A DNA stretch of 64,000 bases from Aggregatilineales bacterium (GTDB lineage: Bacteria > Chloroflexota > Anaerolineae > Aggregatilineales > Ch27). A program made the translations under genes and the position numbers. The stretch lies in assembly GCA_029976025.1 (NCBI GenBank), contig JARKNX010000036.1, positions 70,353-134,352 on the forward strand, given 5' to 3'. This document shows, one piece after another, positions 27,553-35,549 of the stretch. The notes under the pieces are model-generated. The model was not told where the DNA came from. It was given only the letters and a program-made list of their open reading frames with translations, and made no database searches. How positions within the stretch are numbered: position 1 is the first letter of the stretch; each line of letters starts with the position of its first letter.

Positions 27553-28035
27553 CTAATCGGAATAAGACCCAACCAGGCGGCTATCATGTTCCAGTGCCGC
27601 CCACAGCCTGTCATCAGGCAGTAGCTCTGTCGCGGTCTCTGGAACAGCCACTACCAGAGCACGGGAACGATACGGCATCCCGTCAAAAAGGCCCCGCCAT
27701 ACCTCCTGGCGCTCATCACGCTTCAGCCCTGCCAGCAACAGGTCTACGTTGAAGATAAGGGCGCAATCCGTCTTGCCGCTGCTACTGGCTATAGCGTCTA
27801 ACGCCTCCAACACCTTTTCAGATGTCAGCCGGACAAACCGCGTCCCGGCAGGGAGTCGTTCCAGGATGACATCCCGCACATCGATCGCCTCGATCCCCAG
27901 TCGCGCCGCAACATCCAACTCGCGGCCAACATGTCCAGGGGGCATCCGCCAGACCCCGACACGGGTCCGCAGCGTCGGTCGACGCAGCAGTACGATAAGC
28001 TCCCTGACGGGCTTGAGAGGATCAGGCTGTTCCAT
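27553..28035 (-). CDS. Unknown 160-aa protein (possibly a BREX accessory, BrxB/BrxF-like position)
   Basis: ATG at 28035 overlaps the upstream gene by 14 nt, and the stop lies 12 nt before the brxC-like RBS/start. There is no canonical Walker A (IASSSGKTD lacks the first glycine). The motif CALIFNVDLLLAGLKRDERQEVWRGLF was not recognised. Confidence 0.5.
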   Translation of the reverse strand: MEQPDPLKPVRELIVLLRRPTLRTRVGVWRMPPGHVGRELDVAARLGIEAIDVRDVILERLPAGTRFVRLTSEKVLEALDAIASSSGKTDCALIFNVDLLLAGLKRDERQEVWRGLFDGMPYRSRALVVAVPETATELLPDDRLWAALEHDSRLVGSYSD

Positions 28036-28876
28036 AGAGCTTCTCTAACAAGGGTCCCGTTTCCTGCCGCAGCAGCACGACCTGCTCCGGCGGAGCAACC
28101 CGATAGACATCAACATAGTGTTCACCCTGAAGCACACGCAGTACTTCGTTAAACTCCCGACGCCCCAACAAGAATAACGGAGCAAACCCGCCTGGCTCCT
28201 GCAACGAGTCCAGGGTCACAGTCAGGCGTCCTTCGAACTGCGCTGCCCAATAATCGAGGAGCGCGTACGCGACGGCCCATACAGGCGGGGGCACAGGCTC
28301 CATAACCCGGTAACGCTCGCCATCCGCACTCAGAATACTCAGCTTGCCAAGCGCGTCTGACTTAGTGTACGTTCCCAGGAACACGGTCGCCGTGCTGCGC
28401 ACCGTTCGTTCGGCAAGGCTGCGGCCTTCAGTTTCCTCTATAAATTCACCCAGATGCTGACTGATCTCGCCTGCTGTGAACTCTCGCCCCACGTAAAAAT
28501 AGGTGTTCACCAGATCGTGCCAGAAGGCCGGTCCGGGGCCATGTGGCGCGCTAAGATAATAGTGCATCAGCCACTGTGTGCCGTGCTGTTCCAGGAGGGG
28601 ATCATGGGCCAGACTCATTCGGCCAAAATCAGTGAGCTGGCGATCAAAATCAAGCAGCCCCGCACCCATTGCGTAACGAGGCATGGACTCGGCATATATG
28701 GAGCCGAGAGACGTATTCTGTCTGATCGTCTCCTTATTCAGCTCTCCCTCACTACTGGTGCTGATCTGTTCTGCAAGCTCCAGTACCTGTATCACAGCGG
28801 GCCGAATTAGCGAGAATGTGCGGTGAAAGGAAAATCCGGGTCTACCCTCCTGTTTGGAGTTCTTTCTCTGTTCCAA
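28022..28876 (-). CDS. Divergent DUF4007-like protein (second SspB-like paralog)
   Basis: 284 aa, TTG start behind AGGGGAAGAG. FSFHRTFSLIRP parallels FGGHEKFVFRQGW of the first DUF4007 gene, and HGTQWLMHYYLSAPHGP parallels IGTLWLLHWQLVSGP. Lengths are similar. Confidence 0.55.
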   Translation of the reverse strand: MEQRKNSKQEGRPGFSFHRTFSLIRPAVIQVLELAEQISTSSEGELNKETIRQNTSLGSIYAESMPRYAMGAGLLDFDRQLTDFGRMSLAHDPLLEQHGTQWLMHYYLSAPHGPGPAFWHDLVNTYFYVGREFTAGEISQHLGEFIEETEGRSLAERTVRSTATVFLGTYTKSDALGKLSILSADGERYRVMEPVPPPVWAVAYALLDYWAAQFEGRLTVTLDSLQEPGGFAPLFLLGRREFNEVLRVLQGEHYVDVYRVAPPEQVVLLRQETGPLLEKLYGTA

Positions 28877-28891
28877 TTCTCTTCCCCTAAC

Positions 28892-29731
28892 TTAGAGATG
28901 ACATATCAGGCAACTATCATCGTCGTCCATTGCATCTAGTTCTAGACCCAAAGTCTGAATAAGCGTCTGCTGTGGTTTATGCCTGCTCGACGATCGTAGC
29001 TGGAATTCTTGATGTTCTTTTTTCACTTGCTCGATCCTAAGGGGTTCTTGCAACTCCTGCAGACTTTCTCTTGAAACCCAGGTATATCGCTCACCAGTTT
29101 CGGGATCTTCTCGTTCGTACGCCATAGCCTGCATGTAGAGATCAGGATGATTTTCTAACAGGCCAATCCATTCAATACGTTGCTGAAAGAAGCAGAAATA
29201 GCAGCCAGAGCGAGATCGCCAGTTATAGTATTCTGGTAGACCAAGTCCGCTCTCATCCAGAATCCTTAGCACATCTTCCTTGGCGATTCCGGCTTCAACA
29301 AATGGATAGCGCGGTACTATGTTTGGTTTGCTTGAGATATATCCTTTACGATTAGGTTCGTCAGCTCGTATCCCGATGTAGCTATAACAGAGATCCTCCC
29401 CTATATATTTCTCAAAAGGCTTGATCTTCAGATATTCGGTGCACCATCTAACTTTCGGAGATGGTAGAAATCCCCGGCGCATTTGCAAAAGTTCGTCGAA
29501 CCCTTTTCCTTCATGTTTGAGATAGACAATGGGCTTATTGAGGTAGGCTTCAAGACGATTCAAATATTCGTAGGTCTCCGCGAGCTCCTTCTCTGTATCG
29601 CAGAAGACGTATTCCAGATCAGTAATCTTGTCGCGCAGGTAGATTGCTAAGGCGGTGCTATCCTTGCCGCCAGAGAGGGAAACGATGTGTCGGGCAGGCT
29701 TGCTGCCGGCGGGATGCTGAGATGGGGACAT
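28892..29731 (-). CDS. sspD: PAPS reductase / PP-loop ATP pyrophosphatase family protein (SspD / BrxP-like)
   Basis: 279 aa. PP-loop VSLSGGKDSTALAIYL. Cysteine motifs are RWCTEYLK, SGCYFCFF and the C-terminal CLICHL. Sampled lines are markedly AT-richer than the flanking genes. Confidence 0.9.
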   Translation of the reverse strand: MSPSQHPAGSKPARHIVSLSGGKDSTALAIYLRDKITDLEYVFCDTEKELAETYEYLNRLEAYLNKPIVYLKHEGKGFDELLQMRRGFLPSPKVRWCTEYLKIKPFEKYIGEDLCYSYIGIRADEPNRKGYISSKPNIVPRYPFVEAGIAKEDVLRILDESGLGLPEYYNWRSRSGCYFCFFQQRIEWIGLLENHPDLYMQAMAYEREDPETGERYTWVSRESLQELQEPLRIEQVKKEHQEFQLRSSSRHKPQQTLIQTLGLELDAMDDDDSCLICHL

Positions 29732-29768
29732 TGAGTTAGCTTCCTATAAATCTGGCTATATGGACACT

Positions 29769-32700
29769 TTACTTTCTGCGGAGTAACGCACGTAAGGCAG
29801 CACGAACTACCCGCTGATTCTTATTGTAGTATGGTTGAAGGATATCCGCCACCTGCGAGCTCAAGAGATCGGTAAGAGCCTGTTCTTCGGATGTCAACAG
29901 GGCGTCACCGTCGGCACTCAGGTGTTCAGACTGGAACAGCCTCCCAAGCGTTTGAGCATATGCGGGGAACCGATCCACGTCGGTATCGGCCCACGTGCGC
30001 AATGGTCGGGAAGCCGCGAAAGCCAGCACGCTATCGACGGAGCCTTGCAGGTCAGGGGCGCCCACAGCCCGCTGCAACATCGGCAGGAGTCTCGGGTGGG
30101 TGACATAGTCGGCCATGACCTCGGCTGCGGCTATAAGCTGCCGCCATCCCGCCTCCTCGCCCGGCAGGCCACAAGCGGCCAGCAGCTCATCCCTCGCCCA
30201 GGCGCGCAATCGGGGCGTTGCCTCGCTCAGGGTTTGCAAGGCATCGTTGAGACGGTCAAAGAACAGAGTCGTCTGTTCGGGTTCTGCCTCCTGATCCCCG
30301 AAGGGCGGCAAGTTCAGCGCCGCTGGCAAATCGTTGAATAACAGTTGCTCCGGTGAATGCGCACGCTCCATCGCCGTACGTACGCGCAGGGCGTGGTCAG
30401 GCAGGCGCTGTGTCCGCCAGGCATATTCTGGTAGCGCTTTCACCTGCCGCAAAAGCTCACGCACAACTGGCATTACAGCAACCTCAACGCCCAGATTGTG
30501 CGCGAAACGCTCCAGGACGGTGCGACGAGGTCCGACCAGGCGACAACCAGCCAGCCCGAAAAGATCCGGGCGCCGCAACAACACCTCCCAGTCAGCGATG
30601 CCTGGCTCCGGCAGCAGCGATCCCTCACGGTAGAACGTCATCTCAGCCTGGTGTACCAGATAGAACGCACAGAGCAAGACGGGCAGGACACCGTCGCTTA
30701 TGCCGTAAGGCGGCGCCTTCAGCCGCCTGAATAGCTCTTCCGTCGAACGTATCTCAACAGGGGCGGCGAAGATATAGTCAGCAATTGCATCCCATACCGG
30801 GCCTAAGCCCAATGAGTCTGCTGCAGCGGGCGCGAGGAAACGCCATTCGCCAGAGGCATCCTGTCGGTGGAGACCTCCCGCATGGAGCAGGCTCTCATAC
30901 ATACTCCGTTCCGGGGGGTAACCTTCAATGCCCAGGGTCGGCTCGGACGATCGGCTGAGCATGGCCTCGATCAAATTACGGCGAGCAGCAGCAGCCTGCG
31001 AGGAAAGGGCGCGGCGGTTGAGCAGTTCGTTCCACACCCGGGGGGTCGCCTTATAGATGACATCGCATACTGTGGATAGATAGGAAGTCAGATTCCGCCC
31101 CACCTGGCCTGTGACGTCCACACCACAATGATACCAGCGGCAGGCAGCCGATCGGGTCAACTGGTGCGGGCCGAAAGCCTCATCCAGGTGTCGCCGGATC
31201 AGTGTCTCCACCGCGTCAATGCGCGCCCGCCACTCCTGGCGTGCAACAGTATCATCGCGCAGCTCTGGCGTCTGCTCATAGACCCACTGAAGGGCATCCA
31301 GCTCATGTAACAACTCGGTGAGTCGCGGGATCGGGTGTGCGATGCCGATCACGATATCTGAGCGGGCCTGTAGCGAGGCCTCCCTCGCCCATTCGGCGAG
31401 CTGGTATTCATCCGCTGTAGTGAGAGGCAGGCAAAGGACGACGACACCGCTCGCCTGTTCCGGCTGAGTGAGCAGTTCATGCCGGTCTGTACGGACGTCA
31501 GCGTAACGCACATCGAAGAAGCGGGTCGTGCCACTCTGGTAACTGTGCCGCCGGGCTACAAGTGGACGCGGCGGCAGATATCTGTGCAGCACCTCTACTG
31601 AGCTGGTAATTCCGCCAAGGTGTTGGTGAGCTTGCTGAAGGCGCTCTTCAATATCAACATCGCTGCCCTGCCAGATAACGTAGGTATGGTTGAACCGCCG
31701 GTAAACCAGCATCGAACGCTTGCAGAGCGCTTCGAGCGCCTGGCGGATCTCTTTCTTGCGATAGCTCGATCCGCCTAAAGCTACCAGAAGCGCTTCCTCC
31801 GTTGCCTGAAGATGGCTGGTCTCTCCCAGCCAGTTGAGAAGGCCAACGCTCTTAAATATGGCGGCTTCCAGAGGCGTGAGGAGCGTGGTGCTGTTAAGGC
31901 GATCGAGCGTTTCGGCGAGGATCCGCCCGCGTCCAGAAGCGTAGAGCCGTCCCTGGAAGTTGGCTGCCACGTAGTCGAACAAATCAGCGAGGCCGACGAA
32001 ATCAGGTGTCTGATGCTGCTGAATAAACTCCTGAAAGCCCTTCGGTTCATAGGAGGTGAGATAGGCAAAGACCGAGCGCTCATTCTGAGCCAGACGCCGG
32101 AAGATCAACGGCAGCGCGACCAGGGTGGTCGGGTGCAGCGGGTAGGTGCGTTCGGCTAAATCGATAAACTCGCCATCGTGCATTCCAGGCGGGCGCCACC
32201 CGCTTGTTGCGGTCAGTTGAGCGTAATTGCGGAGCAGGGGTGTCACATCCTGCGGCATCTCGCCCTTATGAGTGATTGCGCGCGCCAGCAAATGAAGCTG
32301 TTGAACAGGTGGTTCCTGGAAAGGGATATCCTCAAATCGGCCCTGAACTTTGGCCCACTCCTGCTGTGTCAGGCTGTCAAGGAACACTGCATAACGTTCA
32401 AACGCCTGATGCAGTACTCCGATTATGACAAGCGGGTGTTCCGTGCTACGGTTGGCGAATTCAGCAAGCTCCTGAAGGAAATAGACGTCTGCCTCATCAG
32501 GATGTGCGGCCGCGAACTCGAGGGGTTTGCCCAGTTCATCGACGACCAGCAGGATGCCGCGATATTCTTCTTCGGCAATAACTTCCAGCAGGCGGGCTAA
32601 TCTATGTAAAAATGCCCTGCTTGTCTCTGGAGCAGCTTTCGCCATTACCTCGGCCAGTTTCTTAGCAGGCACCCCCTCGGCCTCCAGACGGCGCACCGCG

Positions 32701-33128
32701 TGGTGCAGCCCATCGGCCAGACACTGCTGTAGTGATGCGCGATAACCCGTTATTGGGATGGGGAAGAAGCCCCGGCTTCCATCCAGTTGGGTTTCTACGA
32801 CTTCGAGCGCAAGCAAAGGATCAGCCTGCTGCAGTGTATGTATCGTTGTAGCGTGATCTGCTTGGCCCCGCCCCAGTAGATTCAGCAAAAACAAGCTGAA
32901 GTACGATTTGCCGGATCCGTATGGACCGGTCAGCGTCCAGGCGCGGGTCTTGCGCCTGTTGTCTAGCCCCGACAGGATACGCCCCAGGCTGAGAAGAGCC
33001 TGGGAGGTGAGCATATAACCTTGAATAAGCCCGGCAGACTGCAGATCGCTATCAAGTCGGATAGCCCGTATAGCGGTTTGCCGGATCTCCACCAGCGAAT
33101 CCAGGGAAGTAGAAGAGGTTTCATTCAT
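29769..33128 (-). CDS. sspC: SspC-like giant P-loop ATPase (BrxC/DUF499-type paralog)
   Basis: About 1119 aa from the ATG at 33128. That ATG forms an ATGAATGA overlap with the upstream DUF4007 stop, whereas the ORF track starts at 33155. Walker A is LTGPYGSGKSYFSLFLLNLL and Walker B is ILLVVDELGKPLEF. There is a YPLHPTT motif. The gene sits between DUF4007 and PAPS reductase, as in sspB-sspC-sspD. Confidence 0.75.
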   Translation of the reverse strand: MNETSSTSLDSLVEIRQTAIRAIRLDSDLQSAGLIQGYMLTSQALLSLGRILSGLDNRRKTRAWTLTGPYGSGKSYFSLFLLNLLGRGQADHATTIHTLQQADPLLALEVVETQLDGSRGFFPIPITGYRASLQQCLADGLHHAVRRLEAEGVPAKKLAEVMAKAAPETSRAFLHRLARLLEVIAEEEYRGILLVVDELGKPLEFAAAHPDEADVYFLQELAEFANRSTEHPLVIIGVLHQAFERYAVFLDSLTQQEWAKVQGRFEDIPFQEPPVQQLHLLARAITHKGEMPQDVTPLLRNYAQLTATSGWRPPGMHDGEFIDLAERTYPLHPTTLVALPLIFRRLAQNERSVFAYLTSYEPKGFQEFIQQHQTPDFVGLADLFDYVAANFQGRLYASGRGRILAETLDRLNSTTLLTPLEAAIFKSVGLLNWLGETSHLQATEEALLVALGGSSYRKKEIRQALEALCKRSMLVYRRFNHTYVIWQGSDVDIEERLQQAHQHLGGITSSVEVLHRYLPPRPLVARRHSYQSGTTRFFDVRYADVRTDRHELLTQPEQASGVVVLCLPLTTADEYQLAEWAREASLQARSDIVIGIAHPIPRLTELLHELDALQWVYEQTPELRDDTVARQEWRARIDAVETLIRRHLDEAFGPHQLTRSAACRWYHCGVDVTGQVGRNLTSYLSTVCDVIYKATPRVWNELLNRRALSSQAAAARRNLIEAMLSRSSEPTLGIEGYPPERSMYESLLHAGGLHRQDASGEWRFLAPAAADSLGLGPVWDAIADYIFAAPVEIRSTEELFRRLKAPPYGISDGVLPVLLCAFYLVHQAEMTFYREGSLLPEPGIADWEVLLRRPDLFGLAGCRLVGPRRTVLERFAHNLGVEVAVMPVVRELLRQVKALPEYAWRTQRLPDHALRVRTAMERAHSPEQLLFNDLPAALNLPPFGDQEAEPEQTTLFFDRLNDALQTLSEATPRLRAWARDELLAACGLPGEEAGWRQLIAAAEVMADYVTHPRLLPMLQRAVGAPDLQGSVDSVLAFAASRPLRTWADTDVDRFPAYAQTLGRLFQSEHLSADGDALLTSEEQALTDLLSSQVADILQPYYNKNQRVVRAALRALLRRK

Positions 33129-34053
33129 AGTAGGATCGCAACAAAGCCAGCGCATGCTGTGGCGCGTCGGAGAGATGGAAGCTATGCAAATAGAGTTGTC
33201 GGAGTCCTGCTGTCTCCTGCAAGCGGATGCTTCCTGACGTCAGCTCCTCTAGATCTTCCAGATAGGCCACCACGCTATTTTCATCGAGCTTAAAAGCCTG
33301 TCCCGGGCTTCCGGGATGGTAAATGCACTCATCAACCGCGACGGTGCGCCTATGCCGGGCAATATCCGACAGAAAGTATATCAGAGCGTAGCCGAAAATA
33401 TGCACCGGCAAAAGAGGTTTGGGGCCAATTGTGAACGTGAAAAGGCGATCTTCTCTCGTCGGTCGTATCAGCCCCAGATCAACTAATGGACAGTCCAAAC
33501 TATCGTCGAAGAGTCCGGTACCTCTGGTTTTGACAGTAACATAGGTCCGAAGGCACACATCCACCTCTCGATCAACCATCTGGGGGGTTGTCCGAACGCC
33601 TTCCAGCGCCAGTTGCCGACTGACGAACTCGGTTAACCGTTGCCTGGAGAATTCGCGGTCGAGAAACATGTTGAAGACCAGCCACCATACAAAACTATAT
33701 GGGCCCGAAACAAGTTGCCAGTGGAGCAACCACAAGGTTCCAATATCCTCCAGATACGGGTCGCCCTGCTCATTACCAAACAAAAGATTCCCCAAATGAG
33801 TAGGCTGCAACGCAGTTCTAGGTCCGGCGGGCGCGATTTCAAGGATGCCAGTAGCCAGACACCAATGGCGTATAGACCTAACCATGTTCTTGCCAACACC
33901 CAGACTTACCAGAGCATCATCACGAGTGAATATAGCTGGATCCTGTGCAACGAGATCCACTCCTTTTTTCAGCCAGCCCTGGCGGAACACGAATTTCTCA
34001 TGTCCTCCGAAAACCGAACGTTTGTGGTCCGCGGCTACAGGGAATATCGTCAC
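33121..34053 (-). CDS. sspB: DUF4007 family protein (SspB-like), first gene of the defence operon
   Basis: 310 aa, GTG start with AGGAG 8 nt upstream. The N-terminal FGGHEKFVFRQGWLKKGVDLV matches the F.GHE.F..R.GWLKK signature of DUF4007/SspB. Confidence 0.75.
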   Translation of the reverse strand: MTIFPVAADHKRSVFGGHEKFVFRQGWLKKGVDLVAQDPAIFTRDDALVSLGVGKNMVRSIRHWCLATGILEIAPAGPRTALQPTHLGNLLFGNEQGDPYLEDIGTLWLLHWQLVSGPYSFVWWLVFNMFLDREFSRQRLTEFVSRQLALEGVRTTPQMVDREVDVCLRTYVTVKTRGTGLFDDSLDCPLVDLGLIRPTREDRLFTFTIGPKPLLPVHIFGYALIYFLSDIARHRRTVAVDECIYHPGSPGQAFKLDENSVVAYLEDLEELTSGSIRLQETAGLRQLYLHSFHLSDAPQHALALLRSYYE

Positions 34054-34143
34054 AGATCAGTCTCCTGCTTAAGATAAGGTCAGCATCTCTTAGATTAGCA
34101 TGAGGTACGGCTGAAAACCATCCAGACCCAGTTGTCGTAGGGT

Positions 34144-34189
34144 AAGTTCATAATGGTCTTGCCCCGCTTTGATAGACGGTAAAAATGTC
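34144..34189 (+). repeat. Right copy of the imperfect ~46-bp direct repeat bracketing the defence operon
   Basis: aagttcataatggtcttgccccgctttgatagacggtaaaaatgtc lies 91 nt upstream of the operon's first start codon. See 18251..18296. Confidence 0.6.
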
Positions 34190-34392
34190 TAGACCCGTGA
34201 CGGAACGGTTCTGTGGAGCAAGTTGCCAAAGCTGTCGCTCAGGACATCCAGGAATTTGCGGCGGGAATTGATCAGGCGACCTTTCGCTGATCCAGAGCAC
34301 GGTGATGCGCGAGGCACACGATTCAAAGCTACTTTCAGAACGCTATCAAATAAGGAAAATTAACAACGGATACAGCGGTGGCCCGTTCCTAA

Positions 34393-34596
34393 AGAGACAG
34401 ATTCGTAACCGCTTCGGCATCGAGCGATGCGCCTCTCTTTGAGAACCTGGTAGATATGATCGCCCCGCTGGACGGTCGCGCCGGCATGGTAGCTGCCAGC
34501 AGCGCCAGGGTCTACCGGGACACATTCGCACAGTGGAGCGAACACGGCGCCCGCCTCGTCGCCAAAGCGCGCGCCGCCTTCCTCAGTGGCCAGTAG
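34393..34596 (+). pseudogene. Possible orphan 3' gene fragment at the low-GC/high-GC junction
   Basis: A 67-codon open frame with very GC-rich third positions (..APLFENLVDMIAPLDGRAGMVAASSARVYRDTFAQWSEHGARLVAKARAAFLSGQ*) begins right after a TAA, with no start codon or RBS. The longer minus-strand ORF 34360..34785 is its codon-on-codon shadow. Confidence 0.3.
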
Positions 34597-34832
34597 GATA
34601 CCCTCTGTGCCTGTGCAGCCTGGTTTGCCTGTCAACCTTTGCTCGCCCCCTGACTTTTGACAACTGCTTGCATTCCGCCCGGATAGTTGATATGTTATCT
34701 TCGTCACTCGCACTGCCCATTGAAGCCGCGATCTGAGGAGGCGGCTTTTCGCGAGTGACGAGTTCGTGCGTATCCAGATTGCCACCTGCTGCTACAGGAT
34801 CATACGCCTGTTAATTCAAGGAGACTGGATTG

Positions 34833-35489
34833 ATGTCGCACCTGACTTTTACGGAATCACTCACCTTACTCTCCAGACTCGCTGACGACACTATTGCGGC
34901 CAAAGATGAGCTGACCACCCTGGATGCAGCGCTGGGCGATGGCGACCTCGGGCGCACGGTGGAACGGGGTTTTCGCGCCATCCAGAACATGCTGCAGGAC
35001 GATCCAGGGGCGGAGCCTGACCTGGGCAAGCTGTTCTTCAGGACGGGCAAGGTATTCTCCGAGGCGGCAGCGTCGAGCTTCGGGGCCTTGCTCGGCACCG
35101 CGTTCATGAAGGGCGGCATGGCCCTCAAGGGCAAGTCAGAAGCCTCGGCTGCTGATCTCATCGCAGCTATGCAGGCGGCTTTGACGGCGCTCATGGAGCG
35201 CGGCAAAGCGAATATCGGCGACAAGACGATGCTTGACGCGCTGCATCCTGCTATTGAAGCGATGAGCGCCTATACGGCTGAACAACAGGGTGATCCGGCA
35301 CTGGCACCCTGTTTTCGTGCCGGGGCGGAGGCGGCCCAGGCGGGCGCGGTGCGCACGCAGTCGATGCAGTCGCAGATCGGTCGCGCCAGCTGGCAGGGCG
35401 CGCGCTCGATCGGGCAGATGGATCCCGGCGCGCGCGCTGTCGCCATCATGCTCGATTCGGTCGCACGATATCTGGAGCAGGAGTCTTGA
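34833..35489 (+). CDS. dhaL: Dihydroxyacetone-kinase L subunit-like (Dak2 domain) protein, orphan
   Basis: ELTTLDAALGDGDLGRTVERGF and GDKTMLDALHPA are Dak2 signatures. ATG at 34833 follows AAGGAG. There is no adjacent DhaK partner. Confidence 0.85.
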   Translation: MSHLTFTESLTLLSRLADDTIAAKDELTTLDAALGDGDLGRTVERGFRAIQNMLQDDPGAEPDLGKLFFRTGKVFSEAAASSFGALLGTAFMKGGMALKGKSEASAADLIAAMQAALTALMERGKANIGDKTMLDALHPAIEAMSAYTAEQQGDPALAPCFRAGAEAAQAGAVRTQSMQSQIGRASWQGARSIGQMDPGARAVAIMLDSVARYLEQES

Positions 35490-35549
35490 GGGCAGGCGGC
35501 GCGACAGCCCTCACTTTATCAGCGTAGCGCAGGAACAAGGATCTTCATC

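Noticed and set aside
27700-27760. SSSGKTD in the 160-aa protein as a Walker A motif (which would support a BrxF-like ATPase call)
   Set aside because: It lacks the GxxxxGK[ST] spacing (Ile at the first-glycine position), sits mid-protein, and no Walker B follows. I left the function unknown.
34054-34143. Sigma-70-type promoter for the defence operon
   Set aside because: Candidate hexamers (TAATCT, TTATCT; TTTTCA) have wrong spacing or poor matches. I could not support a specific -35/-10 call from sequence alone.
34185-34271. 28-codon Cys-rich ORF (MSRPVTERFCGASCQSCRSGHPGICGGN) starting inside the right direct repeat
   Set aside because: It has no RBS and is very short. An alternative frame over the same DNA reads like a helical C-terminal remnant but begins right after a TGA. 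There is not enough evidence for either.
34360-34785. 141-aa minus-strand ORF upstream of the orphan dhaL
   Set aside because: It is exactly codon-on-codon antisense to a plus-strand frame whose third positions are strongly GC-rich. The first half of the protein looks non-proteinaceous. I treated the plus-strand fragment (34393..34596) as the more likely former coding frame, itself at low confidence.
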